The position numbers and the translations under genes were made by a program. The notes under the pieces were generated by a model. The model was not told the DNA's origin and searched no databases. It worked only from the letters and a program-made list of their open reading frames with translations. Positions 51,845 through 60,391 of a DNA stretch of 64,000 nt are shown piece by piece; position 1 is the first letter of the stretch, and every line of letters starts with the position of its first letter. Source of the stretch: an uncultured virus (IMG/VR IMGVR_UViG_2061766007_000856) (Duplodnaviria; Heunggongvirae; Uroviricota; Caudoviricetes); the IMG/VR virus record IMGVR_UViG_2061766007_000856, one strand, 5' to 3'.

Positions 51845-52864
51845 ATGCCGATTTTCGATTTACCAGTTACAGGATTTTGCAGGGCTACCCGAGTGGTCGT
51901 CCCCAATTTCAGCGTGCTTGCACATGTGCAGGAAGGCATGTGGGACCCGAAGGCCACCGGTAACGTCGAACGTTCTGAACTCGCGCAGGCCAACCAGCCC
52001 GTATTCGAGCACACCGGACGCCTGGGACGCATCATGACCTTCCGCAAGCAGAATTCCTTCAAGACGCAGAATCTTATCGCCATTGAACAGCGTGCGGCGA
52101 CGCTTGGCATGGGCGGCATCAACGTTTCCTATTATACCACAACATTCAATGCCTCGGCAAACCCGGTTACACATGAAGACAACGCTCGCACCATTGACAG
52201 AGTATTTGATATCCCGGTGATAGGTGGATTCGATCCACAGACCGAACTGTACAGTAGAATCGGTCTGCAATTCAGTACGAAAAAGGAAATTTACATCAAT
52301 ATGGACCTATTCCTCGAACTGAATTACCAGTCATTAAAGGAACATGGGGTTATCCCAGAATGCAACCCGGCTGACCACGACCCGATTTATTCACAGCGCG
52401 GCTACTCAAAGTTCAATTACTATGGGTATTCTGCAGGGCAAATATACCCCAAGCCCGGCGACCTCATAAAAATGCTGAACGATAAGATAACCTTCCAGGT
52501 TGCAAGCATTACCGACGAACTACCCGAATTCCAGCCCGGTTTCCGCAAATACTGGTGGAAGGCATATCTGGATGTGGCTGTGGACAGCGGCCAGATTGTC
52601 GCGGAAGATGTTGCAAACAGCCCGGTCAACAAGCACTTCATCGACAACCTGTTCGGCCAGGCTTCCCTCGGGAAGGCCACCGACGGCACATCGACGGAAA
52701 AGGAACTTACGGATTCCGCAGGAAACCCGCTTGCCATCAGGGACGAAGACCTCGCCAAGCTCAAGGACGCCATCCTGTTCCGTCCACCCGAAGTGGACGA
52801 ATGTGTCAAGGATATCACAGGCGACCCGAACTACCAGGCATGTCCATCTATGGGAAGCTGGTGA
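51845..52864 (+). CDS. gp14: Neck protein, T4 gp14-like
   Basis: V.YY.......ED......F, YSRIG, PKPGDLI......FQV..I.....FQ pattern. Confidence 0.65.
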   Translation: MPIFDLPVTGFCRATRVVVPNFSVLAHVQEGMWDPKATGNVERSELAQANQPVFEHTGRLGRIMTFRKQNSFKTQNLIAIEQRAATLGMGGINVSYYTTTFNASANPVTHEDNARTIDRVFDIPVIGGFDPQTELYSRIGLQFSTKKEIYINMDLFLELNYQSLKEHGVIPECNPADHDPIYSQRGYSKFNYYGYSAGQIYPKPGDLIKMLNDKITFQVASITDELPEFQPGFRKYWWKAYLDVAVDSGQIVAEDVANSPVNKHFIDNLFGQASLGKATDGTSTEKELTDSAGNPLAIRDEDLAKLKDAILFRPPEVDECVKDITGDPNYQACPSMGSW

Positions 52865-53527
52865 TTACACAAGTTTCCAAAAGTTTTCTTCAAGCAACTT
52901 TGCATCATCAGGATCCAGCGGTTTCTGCGACGCTATCCAATCCTTAATGCGCTGTATAATGGACTTCTTAGGTTCAGGTTCCTTTGATTCGGGATGGGCA
53001 AGCTCTTCAATCGTGTCCGCAACCTTGTATTCGTTGTTCACGCAATGCTCCAGGCCATTTTCGTCTACGAGGAACTTAATCATTCCCTCATACTTGAGAA
53101 TGTAGCTCGTTTCGCTTTCCTTGTGGTACAGGTAGACACGGTGCTTCCCCGTGCGCTCATCAAAGTACCAGTAGCCGACAACGCCGTCATACGCCTTGAC
53201 AAACAGATATCCAAGATTGACACCATCCGCCACGGCATGGTCAATCACCACCCTGCGTTCATACCGGGAAGCCATCTTGTCAATCAGCTTCAAGGTAAGC
53301 GCTTCATGGAAAATCCTGAGTCCGGGGCAAGTCACCGCCACGTGCTCATTCCCGATATTCTCGAAGAAGCACCGGAACTTGCCGATGAAGAACTGGCTCT
53401 TGGAGATGGGGTCCACCGCTGTTTCGCGGAGAATCGTGAGGTCTTTGTTCAAGTTGGCTGCCTTGTCGTGTGCAGCAATGTATCGCAGCATTTCAGCCAC
53501 GGTGATAAGGTCGTATTTCGGGTTCAT
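52865..53527 (-). CDS. Hypothetical protein (start MNPKYDL)
   Basis: ATG 4 nt after a GTTATATTTT motif; the longer ORF start overlaps a terminator. Confidence 0.7.
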   Translation of the reverse strand: MNPKYDLITVAEMLRYIAAHDKAANLNKDLTILRETAVDPISKSQFFIGKFRCFFENIGNEHVAVTCPGLRIFHEALTLKLIDKMASRYERRVVIDHAVADGVNLGYLFVKAYDGVVGYWYFDERTGKHRVYLYHKESETSYILKYEGMIKFLVDENGLEHCVNNEYKVADTIEELAHPESKEPEPKKSIIQRIKDWIASQKPLDPDDAKLLEENFWKLV

Positions 53528-53531
53528 ATGT

Positions 53532-53541
53532 AAAATATAAC
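53532..53541 (-). promoter_or_regulatory. Putative host-type promoter element GTTATATTTT
   Basis: Same 4-nt spacing to ATG as at thyX. Confidence 0.45.
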
Positions 53542-53565
53542 AAAGTTCAATGTTGTATGCAACGG

Positions 53566-53591
53566 AAAAGGCCGGCAAAATGCCGACCTTT
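53566..53591 (-). terminator. Intrinsic terminator
   Basis: AAAGGTCGGCA-TTT-TGCCGGCCTTTT on minus strand. Confidence 0.75.
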
Positions 53592-53612
53592 AACACATAG
53601 GAGGAAATTCAA

Positions 53613-53930
53613 TTAGTCGTCTTTCTCTTCTTTCTTGTCCGACTTGCTGTTGTACTTTGCACCCTTTTCGGCAGCCATACGCTGTTTAAGCTTCTCGTTC
53701 GGGATGTCATGGAACATCTTGCGGTGGAGGTCCTTGTAGCTAGCCTTGACATTGTTCCTGTACTGCGGGTCAAGGTACTTCGAGTCCATCCAAGGAGCAT
53801 CTTCTTTGACGCCTTCGAAGCAAACTTTGGCTGCGGAACGGACTGCCTCACACAATCCGGTTGCACCGCTAGCCTTCTCGAAATTGGTGAGGAAGGTGTT
53901 AAATTTTTTAATACGTTCGTTGAGATCCAT
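53613..53930 (-). CDS. Small late protein, candidate internal head protein
   Basis: Late promoter and SD; N-terminal LCEAV...FEG propeptide-like segment; Lys-rich C-terminus. Confidence 0.65.
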   Translation of the reverse strand: MDLNERIKKFNTFLTNFEKASGATGLCEAVRSAAKVCFEGVKEDAPWMDSKYLDPQYRNNVKASYKDLHRKMFHDIPNEKLKQRMAAEKGAKYNSKSDKKEEKDD

Positions 53931-53956
53931 TGTTAAACTCCGGAATGTTTTACTAC

Positions 53957-53964
53957 AGCTTATA
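53957..53964 (-). promoter_or_regulatory. Late promoter variant TATAAGCT overlapping the gp13 stop codon
   Basis: 26 nt before ATG 53930. Confidence 0.65.
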
Positions 53965-54721
53965 TACCGGACAAATCAGTCATCATGAATGCACCCGGCG
54001 ATTCCTTGATAACCTTTTCTTCCAGCTTTTCAAGACGGGCAGCAGCAGTATCATAGATTTCCTTGCCGTTGATGGTCAACCCGCCCGGCATCGTAAAGGT
54101 ATGCTTCTTCAAGATGATGCCAAGCTGTTCCTGTGCCCGCCAGAAAGCCATGTCACGGAATAGGATGTTGTTGTAGAGCTCGGACTTCTTGGCCTTCAGG
54201 TACACTTCGGCAACCGCGTTCGTCCTGGACCTCGGGGTCGGGTATATCCTCAGGAGATGGTCCGTCGGATGGAACTTGATATGGTACTGCGTGCCGACAA
54301 GCTTCTTCACGTCCTCCAGGTAGCGCAACGCGCCTGAATAGGTAATGAGGTCAAACTGGCCAAGGCCACCAAGACCGGCACCACCGACACCCATCAGGGA
54401 TTCACCCGGCCCAACGTCCCATGCCATCATCGGGCTGAACGTGTTGCCGTAACTCGGGTTCACTTCAATGACGTTGACGACATTAGGCGGAACACGATAT
54501 TCCATGACCCCCGGAACAAGATGGAGGACCATGAGGTCAATGTACTGGGCTTCGTCCACACAATAACGGTAGAAGAAGTCCTCGGTGTCCTCAATAGCCA
54601 TGTGTACATGGCCGAGACCACGGTCTTCTTCCACGACCATTTCGATTTCCTGACACTGGCCACCCATCCTTGAAATGATACGGCGCACCATGTCATCGCG
54701 TGTGATATACTTAGCGTCCAT
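53960..54721 (-). CDS. gp13: Neck protein, T4 gp13-like
   Basis: YNN...RD.A......LG.IL.KH...MPGG.TING..I...A......LEE matches the gp13 C-terminus. Confidence 0.85.
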   Translation of the reverse strand: MDAKYITRDDMVRRIISRMGGQCQEIEMVVEEDRGLGHVHMAIEDTEDFFYRYCVDEAQYIDLMVLHLVPGVMEYRVPPNVVNVIEVNPSYGNTFSPMMAWDVGPGESLMGVGGAGLGGLGQFDLITYSGALRYLEDVKKLVGTQYHIKFHPTDHLLRIYPTPRSRTNAVAEVYLKAKKSELYNNILFRDMAFWRAQEQLGIILKKHTFTMPGGLTINGKEIYDTAAARLEKLEEKVIKESPGAFMMTDLSGI

Positions 54722-54727
54722 GCCGGT

Positions 54728-54739
54728 AGTTTATAAGCT
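54728..54739. promoter_or_regulatory. Overlapping bidirectional late promoter AGTTTATAAGCT
   Basis: TATAAACT on minus and TATAAGCT on plus, each 6 nt from its ATG. Confidence 0.75.
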
Positions 54740-54745
54740 AATGTC

Positions 54746-55357
54746 ATGGAACCAATCGAACTACTGAGAACCAGCGTCTTCAAGACAACGAACAACCCCG
54801 AACTGACCGATGCCATCATCGGGATATTCGAGACTGCCGGGGATGATACCGAGGTCGCAATGGAATCTCTTGGCAAGCTGGTAGGCTATGAGTTCGGCGA
54901 GTTCATCATGCAGCTTGCCGACATCGCATTTGACCGTGATCCAGCACTATGTGTCGATCCATCATACCAGGACGCATCGGTAGAAACCGAAGCCCGTCCT
55001 AAACACCCGACCGGATGCTTCGTCCAGCCAATCGTCGCACAGGGAAATCCGGCAAAGGCCTTGCGAGACGAACATGAATGGAAACATATCAGAAGGTTCA
55101 ACCCGATGCTTGAACAGGAAATCATCAAGTTCAACAACATGAACGAGTTCGAGAAATTGATGTATATAACCACAAAGGAAATGGCCCAGAAATACCCGAT
55201 CAAGCATGACCCGAACAGGATTTGGAATCCTCTGCCGGTTGCCGACTTCGTTGATGAAAATGGACGGGAATGTTTCTATGATGAAAAGGGACAGCCGTGG
55301 TTCAGGGGAGAAGGTGACGGTCCGGCCCGTAAATATGAAATGGTCGGAAAGCGCTAA
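54746..55357 (+). CDS. Hypothetical late protein, candidate internal head protein
   Basis: Late promoter; N-terminal LTDAI...FETA and AMES segments. Confidence 0.65.
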   Translation: MEPIELLRTSVFKTTNNPELTDAIIGIFETAGDDTEVAMESLGKLVGYEFGEFIMQLADIAFDRDPALCVDPSYQDASVETEARPKHPTGCFVQPIVAQGNPAKALRDEHEWKHIRRFNPMLEQEIIKFNNMNEFEKLMYITTKEMAQKYPIKHDPNRIWNPLPVADFVDENGRECFYDEKGQPWFRGEGDGPARKYEMVGKR

Positions 55358-55743
55358 GCAATAGCCTCGACCGTGACCACTTGTCCACCGTCATCATCGA
55401 TTACCTTGAAGAAGCACTTACGATAAAACCCAAGTGCTTCTCTAAGTACCACGGCACGCACATCATCATAGTTGACTAGAATGCATTGTAGGAGTTCTTT
55501 GCCGTATCCCTTGTGACGACAATCGTGCCTGACCTCGAACGCACATAGCTTCGTATTCAACGGATATCCGTCCGGATCGACGATGCCCATCGCGACAATG
55601 CCTTCGCCGGTGACCAATTTCAGGATGTCACACCCAGTGTAGTCATTCTTGGCACACATGGCCGCTATTAGGGGGAAATCACGCGAGACATACTCATTGT
55701 CGAAATTCTCGGCGAATTTTTCTGTTACTATTTCTTTTGTCAT
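55354..55743 (-). CDS. GNAT-family acetyltransferase
   Basis: FEV....RHKGYGKELL motif A and A.GFY.K..F motif B. Confidence 0.85.
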   Translation of the reverse strand: MTKEIVTEKFAENFDNEYVSRDFPLIAAMCAKNDYTGCDILKLVTGEGIVAMGIVDPDGYPLNTKLCAFEVRHDCRHKGYGKELLQCILVNYDDVRAVVLREALGFYRKCFFKVIDDDGGQVVTVEAIA

Positions 55744-56318
55744 ATAAACATTCTCGGGAAGGTATCGACCGTACCATAAAGTTCAAATTTCGGTGAATAG
55801 TCCTTCCACGTCTTGATAAAGTTTGAATTCTTTGCATGGCCACCAGGTGGAACGGCAACCGGAATGTGTGGCCATTCATTGGTAGACTTGAAATCACCGA
55901 TAACGCCCACAGCAAATGCATCGACGGCCACACCGATTGAATCTACTTTCATTTGCACCTTGCGGCCCAAATTTGCCGCGATATATTCCTTCACATCAGG
56001 ATGCTCGGGATTTCCGAAAGCCAGGGTACACCGTTCGCATTTAAAATCCCACCCAACCGGGACCAGCGGATACATTACTTCAATCAGGCGCCGTTTCGAC
56101 GCGTCATCAAGAAAAATCCCGAAGAAAACGGCATGGTTTCCTTCGGGCAGTTCCATTAAGTGTTCGAGGTTGAAATTATAGCGCCAATCAGCACCATACT
56201 GTTTGGTCCACTGAATCATAACAGAATCACCCAGATCGTGTCCAGCTTTCTCCGACTCAATCCACTTGTGCCGGAGCATTTCTTCTTTCTGGGCAGCCAT
56301 GATATCAGCCATCTTCAT
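55740..56318 (-). CDS. Fusion of DUF4032-like helical domain and degenerate 2H phosphoesterase domain
   Basis: E...HKW.ESEKAG.D.G.....W...Y...WR N-terminus; C-terminal CERCTLAFG and PHIPVAV...G.AK.SN.I..W resemble 2H Hx(T/S) motifs. Confidence 0.6.
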   Translation of the reverse strand: MKMADIMAAQKEEMLRHKWIESEKAGHDLGDSVMIQWTKQYGADWRYNFNLEHLMELPEGNHAVFFGIFLDDASKRRLIEVMYPLVPVGWDFKCERCTLAFGNPEHPDVKEYIAANLGRKVQMKVDSIGVAVDAFAVGVIGDFKSTNEWPHIPVAVPPGGHAKNSNFIKTWKDYSPKFELYGTVDTFPRMFI

Positions 56319-56334
56319 ATTAGATCCCCCTCAG

Positions 56335-56344
56335 GAAATATAGT
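56335..56344 (-). promoter_or_regulatory. Putative host-type promoter element ACTATATTTC
   Basis: Upstream of the 2H/GNAT pair. Confidence 0.4.
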
Positions 56345-56369
56345 ACGAAAATGTTACGCCATCTACGGC

Positions 56370-56852
56370 TTAGCCATCAAACTGAGTGAACTTGTAGATG
56401 ATGTCGGTCATCTTTTCGTCAAAATCGGCGTAAATATTTTTCACGCCTTCCGACATCTTAGGATTCTTTGCCGCCACGTCAGCCATGTGTGACTGAAGTT
56501 CTTTGAGCTTGGCAATGACGGTCTCGTCATCGACCTTTACATCAGCAGCCGGCTTCCCCGTGATGGCAACATAACTCTCGGCAAGACGGTCACCGACATC
56601 ACGGCAAAGGTCATATGCATCCTGCAATAGAGTATGCTTCGACATCTTTTTGACTCCCCAGTGTATCTTATTCAAGTCATTGGATGAGTCAAGGAGCCAA
56701 TTGGCAGTGTCCTTGACACTGTCGTAGTTTCCGCCCTTACCATCAGCAGCTTCCAATCTGGCAACCATGAGGGCGATAGACTTCGCAACCATCGGATCGC
56801 CGGTAATCTTTGTGGCTGCTTCAACAAGAATCTTGGTTTTGACGGAATTCAT
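56370..56852 (-). CDS. Ferritin/Dps-like four-helix bundle protein with N-terminal propeptide-like segment
   Basis: HW......KH..L...YD.....GD.LAE.Y pattern of phage Dps-like proteins. Confidence 0.7.
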   Translation of the reverse strand: MNSVKTKILVEAATKITGDPMVAKSIALMVARLEAADGKGGNYDSVKDTANWLLDSSNDLNKIHWGVKKMSKHTLLQDAYDLCRDVGDRLAESYVAITGKPAADVKVDDETVIAKLKELQSHMADVAAKNPKMSEGVKNIYADFDEKMTDIIYKFTQFDG

Positions 56853-56875
56853 AAGAACCTCTTTTTAACAACAGC

Positions 56876-56883
56876 AGTTTATA
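56876..56883 (-). promoter_or_regulatory. Late promoter TATAAACT
   Basis: 23 nt before ATG 56852 with GAGG SD. Confidence 0.8.
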
Positions 56884-56890
56884 GTCATCA

Positions 56891-56974
56891 CTACAGGAGT
56901 CCGCTCCAATCATCATGATTGAAGAATATGACCCCGGCAGCAATGACTACCGCAACTATCACTAGCGACGCCAT
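56891..56974 (-). CDS. 27-aa single-TM microprotein MASLVIVAVVIAAGVIFFNHDDWSGLL
   Basis: Hand-translated; starts 3 nt after the upstream stop and fills the gap; not in the ORF track. Confidence 0.45.
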   Translation of the reverse strand: MASLVIVAVVIAAGVIFFNHDDWSGLL

Positions 56975-56977
56975 GGT

Positions 56978-57583
56978 TTATTCGCCATCGGCTGCTTCAA
57001 CCTGTTNNNNNNNNNNNNNNNNNNNNNNTCGGCTTGCGCTGACGCTTCGGACGGGTGGACACAGTTACCTGTCCGCCCATTTCGCTACCGACGGATATGC
57101 CGTTGGCCACAGGATTTGCATCCACGACGACTTCCGCATTGGCAGGAACGTTCGGTGCAAAGATAGGTTCGGCAGGAGCCTGTTCAGCAGCGGGAGCCTG
57201 TTCAGCGGCGGGAGGAGTCATGAACANNNNNNNNNNNNNNNNNNNNNNNNNNNNNNNNNNNNNGCATGATAGCGTTCCTTGATGGACTCGATGATAGCCT
57301 TCTGTTCGCCGGAAAGCACCGGGCTAATTCCAGCCGTAGCAGCCTTCTGTGCTGCTGCGGTTGCACGCTGTCGCGCAATAATTTCCGCAACGGAATTGTT
57401 CTGTGCAGGCTTGGCACCCTGTACAGCAATAACTTTACGTGCAGCTTCACTTGCCTTGCGTTGTGCGGCAAGAATATCGGCCACGGAGTTGCCAGCTGGC
57501 TTAACTGCCGGACGTGCCGGTACAGCCTTGCGCGTTGCATTCGCTGCCCTCTGCTGGGCAGCAAGAATTTCTTGGATTGTCAT
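56978..57583 (-). CDS. Ala/Pro/Gln-rich low-complexity protein (two N gaps)
   Basis: Three (I/V)x(E/D)I(L/I)AxQ repeats, AAEQAP repeats, ends ...QVEAADGE*. Confidence 0.6.
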
Positions 57584-57617
57584 TGTGTTATCTTCCTTTC
57601 ATTATAAAATTATTTCC

Positions 57618-58295
57618 TTATGGACGCATGCTACGCATGATATCCAAAGTGCCCTCGGTATCGACAACCGGGGAAGGTTCCGATGCAGGAGATGGCGGTG
57701 GAGGCGCCATGGCTTCCGGAGGTGGAGCCATCCATGTCTCCCACTGCTGCGGGGGAGCCGCCTGTGGAGCTGCCGGTTGCATCGGTGCCGGAGAAAGCCA
57801 TTCATCCCACCCACCCTGCGCACCCTGTGACGCGGGAACCGTGCCTGTTGAAGCTCCGCTTGTTGACCAAGGATCATATTCAGGGGACATGTCAAATCCA
57901 GCTGCGGAGCCGACATAACCGGATGGACGACCCCATGGATCCGTCATTCTCTTATTAGTTTCTTCCTCACTCGGCTTCCGGTACGGATTCCCATTGCTGG
58001 GCAATTCCAAATCCTGCATCGACACGTAGCGCCACGGGACAAATGTACGCGTTCCGTCACGGGCCACATATTCATCCGGACTTTCCCTCCGGATAATCCT
58101 CGCCATATCACCTTCAGGAGCCTTCCCGTCATAAGTACGGTCTTCAATGAAGGCGCGTTGCCTATCGGCTGGAGTCATCGGTTTCGGCTGAGGAGCAGGT
58201 GCACTAGGCTTCATATTGGGACGACGTTGCTGTCTGGCAATACGGTCGGCTTCACATGCCCTTCGCTGCTGTTCGATTATTTCGGCGACTGTCAT
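57618..58295 (-). CDS. Pro-rich low-complexity protein
   Basis: ATGA-coupled to gp15; starts TVAEIIEQQRR, the same motif as the next gene. Confidence 0.7.
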   Translation of the reverse strand: MTVAEIIEQQRRACEADRIARQQRRPNMKPSAPAPQPKPMTPADRQRAFIEDRTYDGKAPEGDMARIIRRESPDEYVARDGTRTFVPWRYVSMQDLELPSNGNPYRKPSEEETNKRMTDPWGRPSGYVGSAAGFDMSPEYDPWSTSGASTGTVPASQGAQGGWDEWLSPAPMQPAAPQAAPPQQWETWMAPPPEAMAPPPPSPASEPSPVVDTEGTLDIMRSMRP

Positions 58296-59920
58296 TGTTC
58301 AACCTCCACCGTCTTCAACGCAACCATGGTATCATTGAGGTTGGTCTTCACACCGAAGATGCCACGCTGCCCGTGGTCATACAGTACGAAATAGAACGAA
58401 TAAATCATCTGGTTGTCAAACTCGAAAGTCTCGGTCTCGAAAGTCTTGCTCTGCGTGGTGGTGTGATAGGTGAAGTAAAGCTTGCTATCCATTACACCCC
58501 AGTCAAACCATACGCTTTCGGCAGGGATTACCGTACCATCTTCAAGAGTCACATCATCCGGATTGTAGAGGTACTGGAACAACGTATCGCCCGGAACACT
58601 TTCATGGAACTGCAAGGTCGCCTTGAAGGTGTACGGACTTCCGATAGTTCCATCCTTGTTGTCACCGAACCAGTTGAGAATCTGGCTCCAGTAAAGTCGG
58701 GAATCATCCGCCGTCGGGGTATCATAGACATAACCGCCATCGGTGTTGGTTCCGTTGCCCGGTGGGAGTCCTGGAATGAACTTCCGTGTATCGTCATTGA
58801 CCGCAACGAAGTCCCTGCCAAGACCGCTCATGTCTGCGGCAACCGGACTATCCTCGTCAAACGTAAGGTGGATGAGGTCAAATGACGGCACCTCGGCAGG
58901 ACGTTCAATGTCATCTACTATGACCTGTTCCCAGTCGTAGATAGGTATGCGGTCTCCATCGGCATCAAGGATATACTCGCCATTTTCGTCCTTCTTGTAT
59001 CCCTTTAAGATTGGGTTCTTTCCAATGTTGCTTCCCGTGGTATCGACGCCGGTAATTTCGTTGTAGGTAAGCATCGCGTAGCGGAGCGTTTCGTCCGCCC
59101 AATATTCTTCACCATTTACCTCGCCCCGGCGAACCAGTGTCTTGGCAAACGTTTTCAGGAGAGAATATCCTTCCCTGATGGAGGGTTCGACCGTTTCCCA
59201 TGCACGGCGCCTCTGTTTCGCGATTTCATCAGGGTATACCAAAATCTGCTCGACATCGTTATACTGCTTGTTTACTATGAAATTCATTTCAGCATAGCGA
59301 ATTTCAGCCGGAAGCGCATATGGCTTATGCATCAGGCCATGGGCTTCAAGCTGGTAAGTCGTCTTGTATTGCTGGAACTTGGCGCCGGTGTTATCCGTTT
59401 CATCGTCAAGCTGGTCAGAAACTCCGGCCAGGAACACCGGCACAGGCTGTTCAATCTCGGGAGCGAAATCAAATTCCTTCAACCGAACCGTACGGTAATC
59501 GTTGAAGTAAGGCTCGATGTTTTCCTTCAACTGCGCAAAATCGGAGAAATTGCTAGAAAGGACAGTCAGTTCGAATCGAAATACTGTCGGCTTCGGCTGG
59601 ATGTCCCTAATCCAGAAATCATTGCTCCGTGAATAGATTTCTCTTGCGTAGGTAGGCTGGACAAGATTGCTATCGTCCTTAGACGTACCGATAAAACGCA
59701 GTCCGGCGACTGGCAGGACCTGCAGCTGTTGCTTGCTCATCGTAGTGCTTAGCCAGTTGGCAAAGTCATCCGAATAATGCGTGACCAGCTTTACCCTGAC
59801 TGTATCGGCAAATTCGGTCCTGAGCATGTCAGTGTATTTGTTCACGCGCAGATTGTCGAACATGTCGTAGATGGCAACAAGCAGCTTTTCGATTTCTCTT
59901 ACATAGTAGAACGGTGTCAT
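58292..59920 (-). CDS. gp15: Tail terminator/sheath stabiliser, T4 gp15-like, with about 300-aa C-terminal extension
   Basis: FYY...I.K......DMF.N..V, LP, P.P....FEL.....N..D..QL.E.I.PYF. Confidence 0.8.
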   Translation of the reverse strand: MTPFYYVREIEKLLVAIYDMFDNLRVNKYTDMLRTEFADTVRVKLVTHYSDDFANWLSTTMSKQQLQVLPVAGLRFIGTSKDDSNLVQPTYAREIYSRSNDFWIRDIQPKPTVFRFELTVLSSNFSDFAQLKENIEPYFNDYRTVRLKEFDFAPEIEQPVPVFLAGVSDQLDDETDNTGAKFQQYKTTYQLEAHGLMHKPYALPAEIRYAEMNFIVNKQYNDVEQILVYPDEIAKQRRRAWETVEPSIREGYSLLKTFAKTLVRRGEVNGEEYWADETLRYAMLTYNEITGVDTTGSNIGKNPILKGYKKDENGEYILDADGDRIPIYDWEQVIVDDIERPAEVPSFDLIHLTFDEDSPVAADMSGLGRDFVAVNDDTRKFIPGLPPGNGTNTDGGYVYDTPTADDSRLYWSQILNWFGDNKDGTIGSPYTFKATLQFHESVPGDTLFQYLYNPDDVTLEDGTVIPAESVWFDWGVMDSKLYFTYHTTTQSKTFETETFEFDNQMIYSFYFVLYDHGQRGIFGVKTNLNDTMVALKTVEVEQ

Positions 59921-59930
59921 TTCAGCGATA

Positions 59931-59967
59931 GATTTATAAGTTCATGGTTGCTGAAACCTTATAAGTC
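59931..59967. promoter_or_regulatory. Divergent late promoter variants TATAAATC (minus, 59931-59938) and TATAAGTC (plus, 59960-59967)
   Basis: Positioned 10 and 18 nt before the ATGs of gp15 and 59986. Confidence 0.55.
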
Positions 59968-59985
59968 TATGGCGAGGTATCCCCG

Positions 59986-60345
59986 ATGAATGAAGAATTG
60001 GAAAGATATTTTAAGGAAGCACGAGCAGTTATCAAAGATAATGCCGTCCTGGAAAGTGTGGTCACCGGAATGAAAACGGTGATTATCGAAGCAACCGGCG
60101 ATTGCCCTTGCGGTGATCCTGATTGCAACGGCCACTGCAAGTACGGTCTCGAAGAAAACAAGAAGCCAGAAGAACCAAAACAAGAAGCGGTTGAACAGAC
60201 TCCATTGCAAATCCTCGAAGCAGCACGAGGGGATACCCCCAAGAAGGACTTTGTTCAGGCTCTCCGCGAGGCGATCGAACAAGTCAACAAGGCGCCACTG
60301 AAAGCTCGACTGAAGCAAAAGCTAGATAAATACGCAAGCATGTAG
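59986..60345 (+). CDS. Small protein with Cys cluster, candidate internal head protein
   Basis: VLESV...IIEA then CPCGDPDCNGHC; ILEA and LREA motifs. Confidence 0.65.
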   Translation: MNEELERYFKEARAVIKDNAVLESVVTGMKTVIIEATGDCPCGDPDCNGHCKYGLEENKKPEEPKQEAVEQTPLQILEAARGDTPKKDFVQALREAIEQVNKAPLKARLKQKLDKYASM

Positions 60346-60376
60346 CAAAAAGGCCACCCAACGGGTGGCCAATTTT
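60346..60376. terminator. Bidirectional intrinsic terminator
   Basis: GGCCACCC-AAC-GGGTGGCC with flanking A/T tracts. Confidence 0.85.
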
Positions 60377-60391
60377 AATTCAGGGATAACC

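Noticed and set aside
55743..55750. TATAAACA on plus strand (also TATAAACC near 43849 and 40356)
   Set aside because: Imperfect matches pointing antisense with no downstream gene start; probably chance
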